From positions 24,153-88,152 of the forward strand of contig JAHEIW010000001.1 in assembly GCA_024639185.1 (NCBI GenBank): a stretch of 64,000 nt of DNA. Direction: 5' to 3'. Shown one piece after another: positions 21,068 through 31,619 of the stretch. A model generated the notes under the pieces. It ran no database searches. It saw only the letters and a program-made list of their open reading frames with translations, and had not been told where the DNA came from. The first letter of the stretch is position 1; every line of letters starts with the position of its first letter. The translations under genes were made by a program, and so were the position numbers. The stretch is from Deltaproteobacteria bacterium (lineage in GTDB: Bacteria; Desulfobacterota; Desulfobacteria; Desulfobacterales; JAHEIW01).

Positions 21068-22456
21068 ATGTCACCGACAACATTAATTATCATTTTATTG
21101 GTCTTATCAACCTTTGGCTATTATGTCGGCCGAAGGCGTGCACTGGTCGTTGGTTGTGATTCAGCCGGCGTTAAGAACCTGCATTCGCGGCCCATCTATT
21201 ATGGGTCTCTTACTGCCCTTTGTTGTGGAATTCCGGCAATGCTTCTGTTTGGATTCTGGTTGACATTCGAGTCCACCATTATGACGAATCTGGTGGTTTC
21301 CGAATTGCCGGAAGCCCTGCAAAACCTGCCGACAGCTGAGCTGAACCTGCAGGTAAATAAAATCAGAAATCTGGTTGATGGAAACATCGTTGCCGGTGTG
21401 GTCGAAGCTGAAATACAGGCTGCTGCAGATCATTACCGCAACCTGCAAGCCACCAGCAATGCCGCTCTGGCTGTTGCTGCTATATCTGTGGCCATTTTGG
21501 GGCTGATGATCGTGCGGGCCAAAATAACGCCTCTGCTGCGGGCACGCAATAGAGTTGAGCAAATAATTCGATATATGCTGATCGCCTGTTCGACCATCGC
21601 CATATTTACCACGATCGGTATTGTGTTGTCGGTGCTGTTTGAATCCATTCGGTTTTTTAATGCAGTGCCGATTGCGGAGTTTCTGTTTGGCCTGGAGTGG
21701 AGCCCGCAGATGGCCATCCGCGCGGATCAGGTGGGTTCATCGGGGGCGTTCGGGGCGGTACCGGTGTTTGTGGGGACCCTGCTGATTTCTGCCATTGCGA
21801 TGTGCGTGGCGGTGCCAATCGGCCTGATGTCCGCAATATACCTCTCCGAATATGCAAACAAAACATTTCGCGCTGTGGCCAAGCCATTGATTGAAATTTT
21901 GGCCGGTATTCCAACTGTGGTTTATGGGTTTTTTGCGGCCTTAACGGTGGCACCGTTTATCCGGGACTCCGGCGATCTTTTGGGATTGGGGGTTTCTTCA
22001 GAAAGCGCTCTGGCAGCCGGTGCTGTTATGGGGATCATGATTATTCCTTTTGTATCCTCATTGTCTGACGATTTTATCAATGCAGTGCCCCAGGCGTTGC
22101 GGGACGGCGCCTACAGTCTGGGGGCCACCCAATCAGAAACCATCAAAAATGTCATCCTGCCGGCCGCTCTGCCGGGGATTGTTGGCGGTGTTCTCCTGGC
22201 AGTTTCCAGAGCGATCGGTGAAACCATGATCGTTGTAATGGCTGCAGGATTGGCGGCCAACTTAACCTTAAATCCACTGGAAACCGTTACCACGGTTACG
22301 GTTCAGATTGTGACTTTATTGGTCGGTGACCAGGAATTTGACAGCCCCAAGACGCTCGCAGCCTTTGCGCTGGGGTTGCTGTTGTTTGTGGTAACGTTGC
22401 TGTTAAACATCATTGCCTTAAAGGTCGTTCGTAAATATCGGGAACAATATGAATAA
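21068..22456 (+). CDS. pstC: Phosphate ABC transporter permease PstC
   Basis: LAGIPTVVYGFFA, AVSRAIGETMIV. Confidence 0.95.
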   Translation: MSPTTLIIILLVLSTFGYYVGRRRALVVGCDSAGVKNLHSRPIYYGSLTALCCGIPAMLLFGFWLTFESTIMTNLVVSELPEALQNLPTAELNLQVNKIRNLVDGNIVAGVVEAEIQAAADHYRNLQATSNAALAVAAISVAILGLMIVRAKITPLLRARNRVEQIIRYMLIACSTIAIFTTIGIVLSVLFESIRFFNAVPIAEFLFGLEWSPQMAIRADQVGSSGAFGAVPVFVGTLLISAIAMCVAVPIGLMSAIYLSEYANKTFRAVAKPLIEILAGIPTVVYGFFAALTVAPFIRDSGDLLGLGVSSESALAAGAVMGIMIIPFVSSLSDDFINAVPQALRDGAYSLGATQSETIKNVILPAALPGIVGGVLLAVSRAIGETMIVVMAAGLAANLTLNPLETVTTVTVQIVTLLVGDQEFDSPKTLAAFALGLLLFVVTLLLNIIALKVVRKYREQYE

Positions 22457-23750
22457 CGCTCATCCAAACGGCATCAGCCCGGCCAGGAAAAAAGAGCGCA
22501 CGCTTGACATTGTCAACCGGGGGCTGGGTAAACGCTATCGTGCCGAACGCCGATTCCGATGCTATGGATTACTGGCAATTGTTGTCAGTATGGTCTTTCT
22601 TTCTCTGTTGTTCATCAGCATTGTTGGAAAGGGTTATTCAGCGTTCCTGCAGACCTTCGTAAAGCTGGATGTGTTTCTTGATCCTGAAATTTTAGACGAG
22701 CAGTCGCTGGCTACTGCCGATTATCAGGGTCTGGTAAAAAAATCCTTGCGGGGCATGTTTCCTGACGTAGCGGGCAGAAGAGACAAGCGCATGCTGTACC
22801 GGATGGTCAGTAGTGGGGCCTCGTTTCAGCTGAGAGATTTAGTTCTCACCCAACCGGATGTGATCGGACAAACCCTGCCCGTCTGGGTACCGGCTGATGA
22901 TGATGTGGATATGTTGATCAAGGGGCATTTTGATCGAAATGTTGACGAAGGCCAACGACGCTTAAAAGATAAGCAGCTGGCCTGGATCGACCAGCTGTCA
23001 TCTGAAGACAGAATTAAAAAGAAATTTAACACTACCTTTTTTACTGCCGGAGATTCCCGGGAGCCCGAACTGGCCGGCATCTGGGGGGCTGTAGCCGGTT
23101 CCTTTTTTACGCTTGTTGTCACCCTTGTTCTTTCTTTTCCGATCGGTGTGGCTGCGGCCGTCTATCTGGAAGAGTTTGCCCCTAAAAATCGCTGGACCGA
23201 TTTGATTGAAGTCAACATCAACAACCTGGCGGCTGTACCCTCGATCGTATTCGGTTTGCTGGGTCTGGCGGTGTTTCTAAATTTTTTCGGGTTGCCCCGG
23301 TCGGCGCCGATTGTGGGCGGGCTGGTCCTGGCCTTAATGACATTGCCGGTTGTCATCATTGCCAGCCGCTCGGCCCTAAAAGCGGTGCCGCCCTCGATTC
23401 GCGAAGCGGCACTGGGTGTCGGGGCTTCCCAGATGCAGATGGTTGCCCATCATGTGCTACCGCTGGCGTTGCCCGGAATGCTCACGGGCGCCATCATTGG
23501 AATGGCGCGTGCTCTGGGGGAAACAGCGCCACTGTTGATGATCGGCATGGTGGCCTTTATTGTCGACATCCCGACCGGATTCACAGATCCAGCGACCGCA
23601 TTGCCGGTTCAAATTTACCTCTGGGCCGATAGCCCCGAGCGCGCTTTTGTCGAACGCACTTCTGCGGCGATAATGGTATTGCTGGTATTTTTAATCACCA
23701 TGAACGCAGCGGCGGTGATTTTAAGAAAACGCTTTGAGAAGCGCTGGTAG
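22449..23750 (+). CDS. pstA: Phosphate ABC transporter permease PstA
   Basis: NLAAVPSIVFGLLG, ARALGETAPL. Confidence 0.95.
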   Translation: MNNAHPNGISPARKKERTLDIVNRGLGKRYRAERRFRCYGLLAIVVSMVFLSLLFISIVGKGYSAFLQTFVKLDVFLDPEILDEQSLATADYQGLVKKSLRGMFPDVAGRRDKRMLYRMVSSGASFQLRDLVLTQPDVIGQTLPVWVPADDDVDMLIKGHFDRNVDEGQRRLKDKQLAWIDQLSSEDRIKKKFNTTFFTAGDSREPELAGIWGAVAGSFFTLVVTLVLSFPIGVAAAVYLEEFAPKNRWTDLIEVNINNLAAVPSIVFGLLGLAVFLNFFGLPRSAPIVGGLVLALMTLPVVIIASRSALKAVPPSIREAALGVGASQMQMVAHHVLPLALPGMLTGAIIGMARALGETAPLLMIGMVAFIVDIPTGFTDPATALPVQIYLWADSPERAFVERTSAAIMVLLVFLITMNAAAVILRKRFEKRW

Positions 23751-23813
23751 TTATCATGGCTTCTGGCTGCAGGCACCTTGCTGCTGGCCTTTCGTTAAGG
23801 AGCAGCGAGTGAT

Positions 23814-23852
23814 TTAATAGAATTCAAACAGATCTCTAATAGTTTACTAATT
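23814..23852 (+). promoter_or_regulatory. Pho-box-like repeats upstream of pstS
   Basis: TTAATA 23814, CAAACA 23825, CTAATA 23836, CTAATT 23847 (11-bp period). Confidence 0.55.
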
Positions 23853-23932
23853 TAGATTGCGTATATTTTAACCAAAATTTTGCAGCATTAATATTTTTCA
23901 ATGTCACTTTTTGATTCGAGGAGGAAATCATT

Positions 23933-24988
23933 ATGAGAAAGTTTTTCACACTTATGGCCGTCGTTTTTTTGATGATCGCATTGTTTGGATCGGCCAGCGC
24001 AGGTTCCGGGCGGGATTATATTAACATCGTCGGATCCTCCACAGTTTATCCGTTTGCAACGGTGGTGGCCGAGCAATTCGGCAAGTCCACTTCCTTTAAG
24101 ACACCCAAAATTGAATCCACCGGGTCCGGTGGCGGTCTCAAGCTTTTTTGTGCCGGTGTTGGCGTTGAACATCCGGACATTACCAATGCGTCCCGCCGCA
24201 TTAAACAATCTGAGTTTGATCGTTGTGCCCAAAACGGCGTCAAGGAAATTATTGAGGTTAAAATCGGGTATGACGGTATTGTGCTGGCCAATTCGAAAAA
24301 AGCTGCTCCGTTGAAGCTGACCCGCAAGGATATCTTTCTGGCACTGGCCAAGGATGTTCCGGATCCCAAAGGCGGTGAAGCGCTGATCCCCAATCCTTAT
24401 AAAACCTGGAAGGATGTCAATCCGTCTCTGCCGGACAAGGCCATCGAGGTTCTTGGGCCACCACCAACCTCAGGTACCCGGGATGCTTTTGTAGAGCTGG
24501 CCATGGAAGGCGGTGCCAAAAGCTTTACCTGGATCAAGGCCATGAAAAAGAAAGATAAAAAAGCCTATAAGGCGATATGTCATACTGTTCGGGAAGATGG
24601 CGCCTACGTCGAGGCCGGCGAGAACGACAACCTGATCGTGCAAAAGCTGGAGGCCAATCCCAATGCGCTGGGAATCTTCGGTTTTAGCTTCCTGGATCAG
24701 AACCTGGACAAGGTCCAGGGATCTTATGTCGATGCGGTCGAGCCGACTTTTGAAAATATTGCCGAGGGTCAATATCCGGTTTCCCGCCCATTGTTTTTTT
24801 ACGTCAAAAAGGCCCATGTCAATGTGATCCCGGGCATTAAGGAATATCTGGTTGAATTTACCAGCAACAAAGCCTGGGGGCCGGAAGGGTATTTGAGCGA
24901 AAAGGGACTGATTCCGATGCCGGATACGGAACGCAAAGAATTTCACGATTCGGTAAACGCATTGAGCACCCTGACATCTCTAAAGTAG
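23933..24988 (+). CDS. pstS: Phosphate-binding protein PstS
   Basis: Signal peptide, VGSSTVYPF, STGSGGG, SGTRDAF, YPVSRPLFFY. Confidence 0.95.
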   Translation: MRKFFTLMAVVFLMIALFGSASAGSGRDYINIVGSSTVYPFATVVAEQFGKSTSFKTPKIESTGSGGGLKLFCAGVGVEHPDITNASRRIKQSEFDRCAQNGVKEIIEVKIGYDGIVLANSKKAAPLKLTRKDIFLALAKDVPDPKGGEALIPNPYKTWKDVNPSLPDKAIEVLGPPPTSGTRDAFVELAMEGGAKSFTWIKAMKKKDKKAYKAICHTVREDGAYVEAGENDNLIVQKLEANPNALGIFGFSFLDQNLDKVQGSYVDAVEPTFENIAEGQYPVSRPLFFYVKKAHVNVIPGIKEYLVEFTSNKAWGPEGYLSEKGLIPMPDTERKEFHDSVNALSTLTSLK

Positions 24989-25137
24989 CTACAGAAAGGT
25001 AGACCGGGTTGAAACGCCCATTAAATCCGAACTGCCTATCTTCAAATATTAGACCCATTGGGTTTTGTTGCCGGTCGGTAACGGGACATTTTAATGTTGC
25101 TTTTTAATCATTAATCCGTAATTTTAAATATCCAATT

Positions 25138-26037
25138 ATGATTGCAATACGAGAGATTAATGAAGTCGGTTTTGTAGGTCAGATGCCAGAACAGGACACA
25201 CAACAACAGGTTAGGGCCGCAACGGGCCGGGTCCTTGTCAATCGCGAAAATCGCGAAACGGTTGGTGAAATCACGGTTGACCATCCCCGTATGACCTGTC
25301 GGGATGTTAATGTCTGGTATGGCGATAAACACGCCATTAAAAGTGTTTCTCTGGATGTCGGTCGCAACGAGGTCATTGCCATGATCGGGCCATCCGGCTG
25401 CGGCAAATCCACCTTTATTCGTTGCCTGAATCGCATGAATGACACCATTGAAGGATGTCGCATTACCGGTGCGATTACCCTCGACGGGATAGATATTTAT
25501 GGTAAAAACATCGATGTTGTCCCGCTGCGGGCCCAGGTGGGTATGGTCTTCCAAAAACCGAATCCCTTTCCCAAATCCATTTATGAAAATATTGCCTATG
25601 GTCCGCGAATTCATGGGATGGCGGCCAATAAAGCCGAACTGGATGAGATTGTTGAAACATCGCTTATTAAGGCAGGGTTGTGGAACGAGGTTAAGGATTG
25701 GCTCGGTCAGCCTGGCACCGGCCTCTCCGGCGGACAACAGCAGCGCCTATGCATCGCGCGCACGATTGCGGTCAACCCTGAGGTCATATTAATGGATGAA
25801 CCGTGCTCGGCATTGGATCCGATTGCCACCGCTGTTATCGAAGATTTGATCGATGAGCTGCGCGAACAATATACGATTGTGATCGTCACCCATTCCATGC
25901 AGCAGGCGTCCCGCGTATCGCAACGCACGGCCTACTTTCACTTGGGCGATCTCATCGAGGTGGGGTCGACACCACAGATTTTTACCAATCCGAGCCACCA
26001 GCTTACGGAGGATTACATCACCGGACGCTTCGGTTGA
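25138..26037 (+). CDS. pstB: Phosphate ABC ATPase PstB (start may be ATG 25183)
   Basis: [42 protein letters not shown]. Confidence 0.95.
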   Translation: MIAIREINEVGFVGQMPEQDTQQQVRAATGRVLVNRENRETVGEITVDHPRMTCRDVNVWYGDKHAIKSVSLDVGRNEVIAMIGPSGCGKSTFIRCLNRMNDTIEGCRITGAITLDGIDIYGKNIDVVPLRAQVGMVFQKPNPFPKSIYENIAYGPRIHGMAANKAELDEIVETSLIKAGLWNEVKDWLGQPGTGLSGGQQQRLCIARTIAVNPEVILMDEPCSALDPIATAVIEDLIDELREQYTIVIVTHSMQQASRVSQRTAYFHLGDLIEVGSTPQIFTNPSHQLTEDYITGRFG

Positions 26038-26045
26038 CAAATGCT

Positions 26046-26714
26046 TTATTTGGCAATCATAGCCCGCATCATGTCGCCGGCATTTTCGGCGTGGTCGGCG
26101 ATGGAGCCGACAATTTCCGTTAAGCGGATCAAATGAAATACAGCCACAGGATCATCAATCGCGTTAAAGATTTTTTCTTTGGCGGCGTCTTCAAGCTTAT
26201 CGGCTTCATGTTCATAGTGGCGCAAGGTGCGGATCATATCTTTAACCACAATCCGCTGATCTTCTGAAAAATTTGAAAAGTATTTGCGGGCCTCGGTCAC
26301 CATATTGCTCAACTCTTCGATGGGGTCTGTGACCGCTTCCACCAGAATCATAAAATCTTTTTCAAGCACCTCAGGAATGCCGGCAGCCGCCCTGAAAGAC
26401 AGCCAGTCAAGGCCCTCTTCCACGGCATCTATTACTTTGTCCTGTTCTCTTAAATATCGGAACAGCTCGAATTTATCCACCGCCAACAGGGTGCCCTTGG
26501 GAAGATGGCCCCGGATACGGCGCTTGATAGCATCGGCTTCGCTTTCGAGTTTATCGATATCTTTTCTAAAATGTTCGAAGTCTTCGCATCTGTCTTCAAT
26601 GATACACTCGATGGCCCTTTGAAAAACCCAGGCGCATTCTTTCACCTTTTCGGCGTGTTCCTGCACGCCGTCAAAGGGCGAGGTCACAAACATTGAAATA
26701 AAGGGTATGCGCAT
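26046..26714 (-). CDS. DUF47 / PhoU-like phosphate transport regulator
   Basis: ESEADAIKRRIR, IADHAENAGD; downstream of PiT. Confidence 0.9.
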   Translation of the reverse strand: MRIPFISMFVTSPFDGVQEHAEKVKECAWVFQRAIECIIEDRCEDFEHFRKDIDKLESEADAIKRRIRGHLPKGTLLAVDKFELFRYLREQDKVIDAVEEGLDWLSFRAAAGIPEVLEKDFMILVEAVTDPIEELSNMVTEARKYFSNFSEDQRIVVKDMIRTLRHYEHEADKLEDAAKEKIFNAIDDPVAVFHLIRLTEIVGSIADHAENAGDMMRAMIAK

Positions 26715-26725
26715 AACATTCTCCT

Positions 26726-27952
26726 TTAGATAAAGAGCTGAAGGATTTTAAAAATGACCATGCTGGTGATGGCCGCAGCCGGCACGGTTAGAACCCAGTA
26801 CAGGATAATTTCAAATATAATTCTAAAATTAACCGCCTCAATGCCGCGTGCCAGACCGACCCCCATGACACCACCCACGGCCGCATGGGTGGTTGACACC
26901 GGCAACCCCATTTTGGATGCCACCATCACGGTTGTGGCGGCGGCAAAATCAACCGAAAAACCGCGGGTATTGGTCAAAGTAGTGATTTTTCTGCCAATCG
27001 TATCCATTACCCGGTGCCCGGCCATGCCGATGCCGCAGGCAATACCAATGCCGCCGAAAAACAGCAGAAAAACCGGGACCGGAACCTTGGCCCCCACGCT
27101 GCCGGTTTTAACCAGAAAATAAATGACCGCTAGCGGACCGATGGCATTGGCCACATCGTTGGCGCCCTGGGCTAAAGCAACATAGCAGGAAGTGCCGATC
27201 TGAATTTTACGAAAAACCTCTTCTTCCCCGGTTAGGTTAGTCTTTTTAATAAATTTGCGCAAGATTTTGACGGCCACAAAGCCCAGTAATAAAGCCAGGA
27301 CCAGGGCAACCAGCAGTGCCAGCGGTGTTCCGATCGCCAGTCTTTTTCCCAGTGGTGTCTTGAAGAGAAAGGATAATATCACTACAAAAAGAGCCATACT
27401 GATGAAATAAGGCGCCAGTTTAAGGGCCTGGACGAAAGGATCCTCTCTGGACAAAATAAACTTGACGATGGTTTTAAACATCAAATAGGCGATGACCATG
27501 GAAAATACCGGCGAGATCACCCAGCTCAATACGACCGCGCCGAGTTTGCCCCAGTTGATCACCGAAAATCCGCCGGCCATGATACCAAAACCGATCATGG
27601 CCCCCACAATCGAATGGGTTGTGGACACCGGCAGCGATTTCCAGGTGGCAAAAGATACCCACAGGGCGGCTGCCAACAGGGCTGATAGCGCGCCAATCAG
27701 CGCCAGATGGGGATCAGCAAGAATATCGGTTGATACGATTCCTTTGCGGATGGTTTTGGTGACATGCGAGCCGATAAATACAGCGCCGACAATATTTAAT
27801 ATACCGGCGATGAATACAGCCTGACGAATAGTGATGGCCTTGGCACCAACCGCAGATGCCATCGAATTGGCCACATCATTGGCGCCAATATTCCAGGCCA
27901 TATAAAATCCGAAAATATAGCCGATGATCAGTACGAAATATTCAGATCCCAT
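26726..27952 (-). CDS. pit: Inorganic phosphate transporter (PiT family)
   Basis: Two GANDVAN and PVSTTH signature motifs. Confidence 0.95.
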   Translation of the reverse strand: MGSEYFVLIIGYIFGFYMAWNIGANDVANSMASAVGAKAITIRQAVFIAGILNIVGAVFIGSHVTKTIRKGIVSTDILADPHLALIGALSALLAAALWVSFATWKSLPVSTTHSIVGAMIGFGIMAGGFSVINWGKLGAVVLSWVISPVFSMVIAYLMFKTIVKFILSREDPFVQALKLAPYFISMALFVVILSFLFKTPLGKRLAIGTPLALLVALVLALLLGFVAVKILRKFIKKTNLTGEEEVFRKIQIGTSCYVALAQGANDVANAIGPLAVIYFLVKTGSVGAKVPVPVFLLFFGGIGIACGIGMAGHRVMDTIGRKITTLTNTRGFSVDFAAATTVMVASKMGLPVSTTHAAVGGVMGVGLARGIEAVNFRIIFEIILYWVLTVPAAAITSMVIFKILQLFI

Positions 27953-28265
27953 GCGCTTGCTCTATGAGAGATTCATTGCTATTAGTTGGCGTGTCAGATT
28001 CTTGCCACAGCGGTTCGGCAGGGTACCATGCCAGCTCCTGGATTCTATCTGAAAGATGAAATGGTTGGCGAGGCAATAGCATGTTGGGTGCGGTAAATCA
28101 ATGATAAACCACTGCTAGTACAAAAAGTTGCATAGAAGATTTTTATAGAAATAAATTCAAATGGTTAGAATAGAAAACAGGATCGCTTCACGTTCAGATT
28201 ACAACCCTTGTGGGCGAATTTAAGAACAATGCTCGCGGCAGTCAGTTGATCTGGGGCTGCGACTA

Positions 28266-30041
28266 TTATTTTTGAGGAAGATGAATGCTAAAGCGGCTGC
28301 CCTCACCCAGTTTGCTGTCAACCGCAACATGCCCGCCGTGGGCCTGGGCAATGTGTTTGACAATGGCCAGCCCCAGGCCTGTGCCCCCCATACTGCGGCT
28401 GCGCGCTTTGTCGACCCGATAAAAACGCTCGAACAGGCGCGGCAGATGCTTTTGGGCGATGCCGATGCCCTGGTCCTGAACACCGATGACCATTTGATCC
28501 TCGTCGCGGTGAGATGTTACCTGAATGGTACTTTCCGGTTCACTGAATTTAATGGCATTATCCAACAGATTAACCACTGCCTGCTCGATCAGGGTGGGGT
28601 CAAACATGGCAATGGCGTCCTTATCACAATCCAGATCGATGTGGATGTTTTTTTCTTGGGCTTTTGAACGACACAACTGAATGGCGGCCTGAACTACGTC
28701 TGTCATCTTAACCGGTTCAAATTGTATTTCTTTACTTTCGTCTTCCTGCTCTATTCGTGACAACGCCAGCAAATCCTCGATGATGGCATTTAAGCGGTCC
28801 ACATGTCTTTGGATAATGTTTAGGAAGCGTTCTTTTTCCTGGGCCTTTTCAACATTACCCTGTTGCAAAGTTTCGACAAAACCTTTGATGGCGGTCAGGG
28901 GTGTTTTGATTTCATGCGAGACATTGGCCACAAAATCGCGCCGCATGTTTTCCAGGCGTCGCAGCTGGGTCACATCGTGGAATACCACCAAGGTGCCCAT
29001 TTGTTGCTGATTGGCGTCTAAAAGCGGAGAGCCTTTTACAGCGATCACGCGTTCTTCATTTTGAAATACCGTGATGTCTTCTTCGGATGGATTTTTGCCG
29101 ATGAGTGCATTTCGGATAAATTGCTGTAGTGCCGGTGAACGGATGATCTCCTGAATACTTTTTCCCAGACAATTGACCGGTTCATTTTCAAATAGCCGGG
29201 CAGCCGCCTGGTTAATGCTCACGATACGCTCTTCGGTGTCGATGGCAATCACGCCTTCAAGCATGCTGGCCAGCACCGTTTCGAGTTGATTGCGCTGACG
29301 GATGATGGTTTCAATGCGATCATTCAGCTGTGCGGCCATCTGATTCATAGCATCCGCCAGACCTCCCATTTCTTCGGTCTCAGGTGGTGTCAGGCGGTGG
29401 CTTAAATCACCGGCAGCGAAATGTTCGGCGCTTTTTTTCATGTGCTCGATGGGCTGGCTGATGCGGCGGGAGATAAACCAGCTGATCCCGGCCGCCAGCA
29501 GAGCGATGATACATCCGCCCAGTGCTATTTTTAGCTGGATGGATCGGATTTCAGCTTCGACGGCGGTTGCCGGCAATGCGGTGCGCAGCACGGCCAAAAC
29601 CTTTTGTTGGTCCATGATCGGCACAGCGACATACAGCATGCGCTGCATGAGGGTGTTGCTGAAACGCATAGATTGCCCTGCCTGGCCGGCCAACGCGGTC
29701 ATGATTTCGGGACGGTTGGCATGATTATCCATCAGCCCCGGTGTTTCACGCGAATCGCCAAGGACTTTTCCATCCGGCAGAATGACGGTGATACGCGTTT
29801 CCGAAAGCCGGCCGGCTTTTTTGCAGATGGCATCAATGGATTTAACATCCAAAGGTGCTAAGTACGATGTAATCTGTTTTTCAAGCAGGGCTGCCCTGGC
29901 TTTCAAATCTGTGGCCGTCTGTTCTAAAAAAAAATGGCGCATGGCATCGGAGGCATACCAGCTGACGGCCAACAGAGAAATTAGGGTAATTAATAGATAA
30001 GAAGGAAAAAGCCGCCACAGCAGACGTTTGCGCTTTTTCAT
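28266..30041 (-). CDS. phoR: Phosphate regulon sensor kinase PhoR
   Basis: Two TM, HAMP, PAS, FVANVSHEIKTPLT, RFYRVDKARSR, GGTGLGL. Confidence 0.92.
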   Translation of the reverse strand: MKKRKRLLWRLFPSYLLITLISLLAVSWYASDAMRHFFLEQTATDLKARAALLEKQITSYLAPLDVKSIDAICKKAGRLSETRITVILPDGKVLGDSRETPGLMDNHANRPEIMTALAGQAGQSMRFSNTLMQRMLYVAVPIMDQQKVLAVLRTALPATAVEAEIRSIQLKIALGGCIIALLAAGISWFISRRISQPIEHMKKSAEHFAAGDLSHRLTPPETEEMGGLADAMNQMAAQLNDRIETIIRQRNQLETVLASMLEGVIAIDTEERIVSINQAAARLFENEPVNCLGKSIQEIIRSPALQQFIRNALIGKNPSEEDITVFQNEERVIAVKGSPLLDANQQQMGTLVVFHDVTQLRRLENMRRDFVANVSHEIKTPLTAIKGFVETLQQGNVEKAQEKERFLNIIQRHVDRLNAIIEDLLALSRIEQEDESKEIQFEPVKMTDVVQAAIQLCRSKAQEKNIHIDLDCDKDAIAMFDPTLIEQAVVNLLDNAIKFSEPESTIQVTSHRDEDQMVIGVQDQGIGIAQKHLPRLFERFYRVDKARSRSMGGTGLGLAIVKHIAQAHGGHVAVDSKLGEGSRFSIHLPQK

Positions 30042-30730
30042 GGCGTCTCCTTAAAGCGATACCCAACGCCCCTTACGGTTTCGATATATTTTCCATAGGC
30101 GCCCAGCTTTCTGCGCAGTCCCACAATCTGAACATCCACACTGCGATCCGTGACCGGATAATCATTGCCGCGGATCGAATTGACAATGTGAGAGCGGGTA
30201 AACACCCAGCCGGGACGTTTGGCCAACAACAGCAAAACCTGAAATTCGGTGAAGGTTAAATCAACAGGCTCGCCTTTGGCCATGACATTGCGCCGGCCGG
30301 GATTGATTTCCAGATCATGGACTTTGACGATCGCCATTTCATCCTGCGGTTCTTCCTTATGGCGACGCAGGGCTGCGCGCACCCGGGCGATCATGACTTT
30401 CGGGCTGAAGGGCTTGGTAATATAGTCATCTGCACCCAGTTCCAGACCGGTAACAATGTCGGCTTCTTCGCCTTTGGCGCTCAACATGACAATCGGGATG
30501 CTGCGCAGCCTGGAATCATTTTTAAGCGTCTTGGTAAATGCCAGCCCATCCATACCCGGCAGCATCAGGTCCAGCACAATCAAATCAAACGGATCTGACC
30601 GAACTTTGCGCAGTGCATCTTCGCCTGTCAGGGTCCCGGTGACGTGATACCCCTCACGGGACAGATTGTAGCGTACCAGTTCGAGGATATCGGCCTCATC
30701 GTCGACGACCAAAATTTTTTCCTTTGCCAT
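30038..30730 (-). CDS. phoB: PhoB/PhoP response regulator (OmpR family)
   Basis: Receiver plus winged helix (IETVRGVGY); coupled to phoR, next to pst genes. Confidence 0.9.
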   Translation of the reverse strand: MAKEKILVVDDEADILELVRYNLSREGYHVTGTLTGEDALRKVRSDPFDLIVLDLMLPGMDGLAFTKTLKNDSRLRSIPIVMLSAKGEEADIVTGLELGADDYITKPFSPKVMIARVRAALRRHKEEPQDEMAIVKVHDLEINPGRRNVMAKGEPVDLTFTEFQVLLLLAKRPGWVFTRSHIVNSIRGNDYPVTDRSVDVQIVGLRRKLGAYGKYIETVRGVGYRFKETP

Positions 30731-30808
30731 TTGTTAACTCCAAAGTTGTTATTGGGTTAATTAAGTGATCCTAACACAATTTTTATATTTGTCCCTGGCT
30801 AAGGAAAA

Positions 30809-30858
30809 TATTACGGTTTTGTTATCATAAAGTTACGTAACTGTTAAGAACCTGTTAA
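30809..30858 (-). promoter_or_regulatory. Five 11-bp-phased Pho-box-like repeats upstream of phoB
   Basis: Minus strand TTAACA-ggttc-TTAACA-gttac-GTAACT-ttatg-ATAACA-aaacc-GTAATA. Confidence 0.75.
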
Positions 30859-30914
30859 AAAAATGCGTCTAAGGGCCCAGGGCTTTGTTGTCCCGTAAAT
30901 TGAAATACTTTTTT

Positions 30915-31013
30915 ATCGCGGCAAGATGCCGCTCCCACAAAATACTTTGGAAATTAGCATATTCTGTTGATTTTGCTTATTGGTGTTAGTGGGAGTGGCT
31001 TTTAGCGACGATT
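30915..31013. repeat. REP doublet (REPIN-like), copy 1
   Basis: ATCGCGGCAAGATGCCGCTCCCACA ... GTGGGAGTGGCTTTTAGCGACGATT; near-identical inverted arms at 39912-40009. Confidence 0.75.
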
Positions 31014-31062
31014 TTATGTGTGGTTAACAATATAGAGCTTGACAAAGTGAAGTAAAGAGGTT

Positions 31063-31082
31063 ATATGAATATTTGTTCATAT
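31063..31082. promoter_or_regulatory. SmtB/ArsR-type operator overlapping the promoter (TTGACA at 31039)
   Basis: ATATGAA-tatttg-TTCATAT palindrome. Confidence 0.75.
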
Positions 31083-31097
31083 ATTCAAGGAATAGGT

Positions 31098-31472
31098 ATG
31101 AGTATTGTAAAAGTTAAATGTTTAGACGGGGACGACTGCCAGGTCAGGGTGATTCACCTGGACCGCGTCGAGCAGGCGCGCAGAGACACCGTCTCAGAAA
31201 AAGAAATTGAACGCCTGTCATCGATTTATAAAATCCTGGGAGATCCCAGCCGCCTGAAGATTGTCATGGCGCTTAAAAACGTTGAAATGTGTGTTTGTGA
31301 CCTGGCTGCGTTTCTGGGGCTTACCGAGTCGGCGGTCTCTCATCAATTGCGGCGTTTCCGCGATCTGGCCCTGGTGAAAAGCCGCCGTGACGGTCAGGTG
31401 ATCTATTATTCGCTGGATGATGAGCATGTGGCCGAGCTGTTGGATGTAGGGCTTGAACACGTTTCGGAATGA
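31098..31472 (+). CDS. ArsR/SmtB (CadC/ZiaR-like) metal-sensing repressor
   Basis: LGDPSRLKI, EMCVCDLA, SAVSHQLR, DDEHV...EH alpha5 metal site. Confidence 0.92.
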   Translation: MSIVKVKCLDGDDCQVRVIHLDRVEQARRDTVSEKEIERLSSIYKILGDPSRLKIVMALKNVEMCVCDLAAFLGLTESAVSHQLRRFRDLALVKSRRDGQVIYYSLDDEHVAELLDVGLEHVSE

Positions 31473-31480
31473 TCAATTTT

Positions 31481-31581
31481 TCAGAAGACAGAGGTCAGAC
31501 GACAGAGGACAGATAGGAAAAATAGAAAATAAACCAGCCTTTCTGTTCTCTGTTTTCCGTCCTCTGTCATCTGTTTTCTGA
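31481..31581. repeat. Heptamer-repeat fold-back (ACAGAGG-type arm vs TCTGTCC/TCTGTTT-type arm)
   Basis: tcagaagacagaggtcagacgacagaggacaga ... tctgttctctgttttccgtcctctgtcatctgttttctga. Confidence 0.7.
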
Positions 31582-31619
31582 CACCTGAACACCGACACCT
31601 TCTCAAATGAGGAAGAAAA

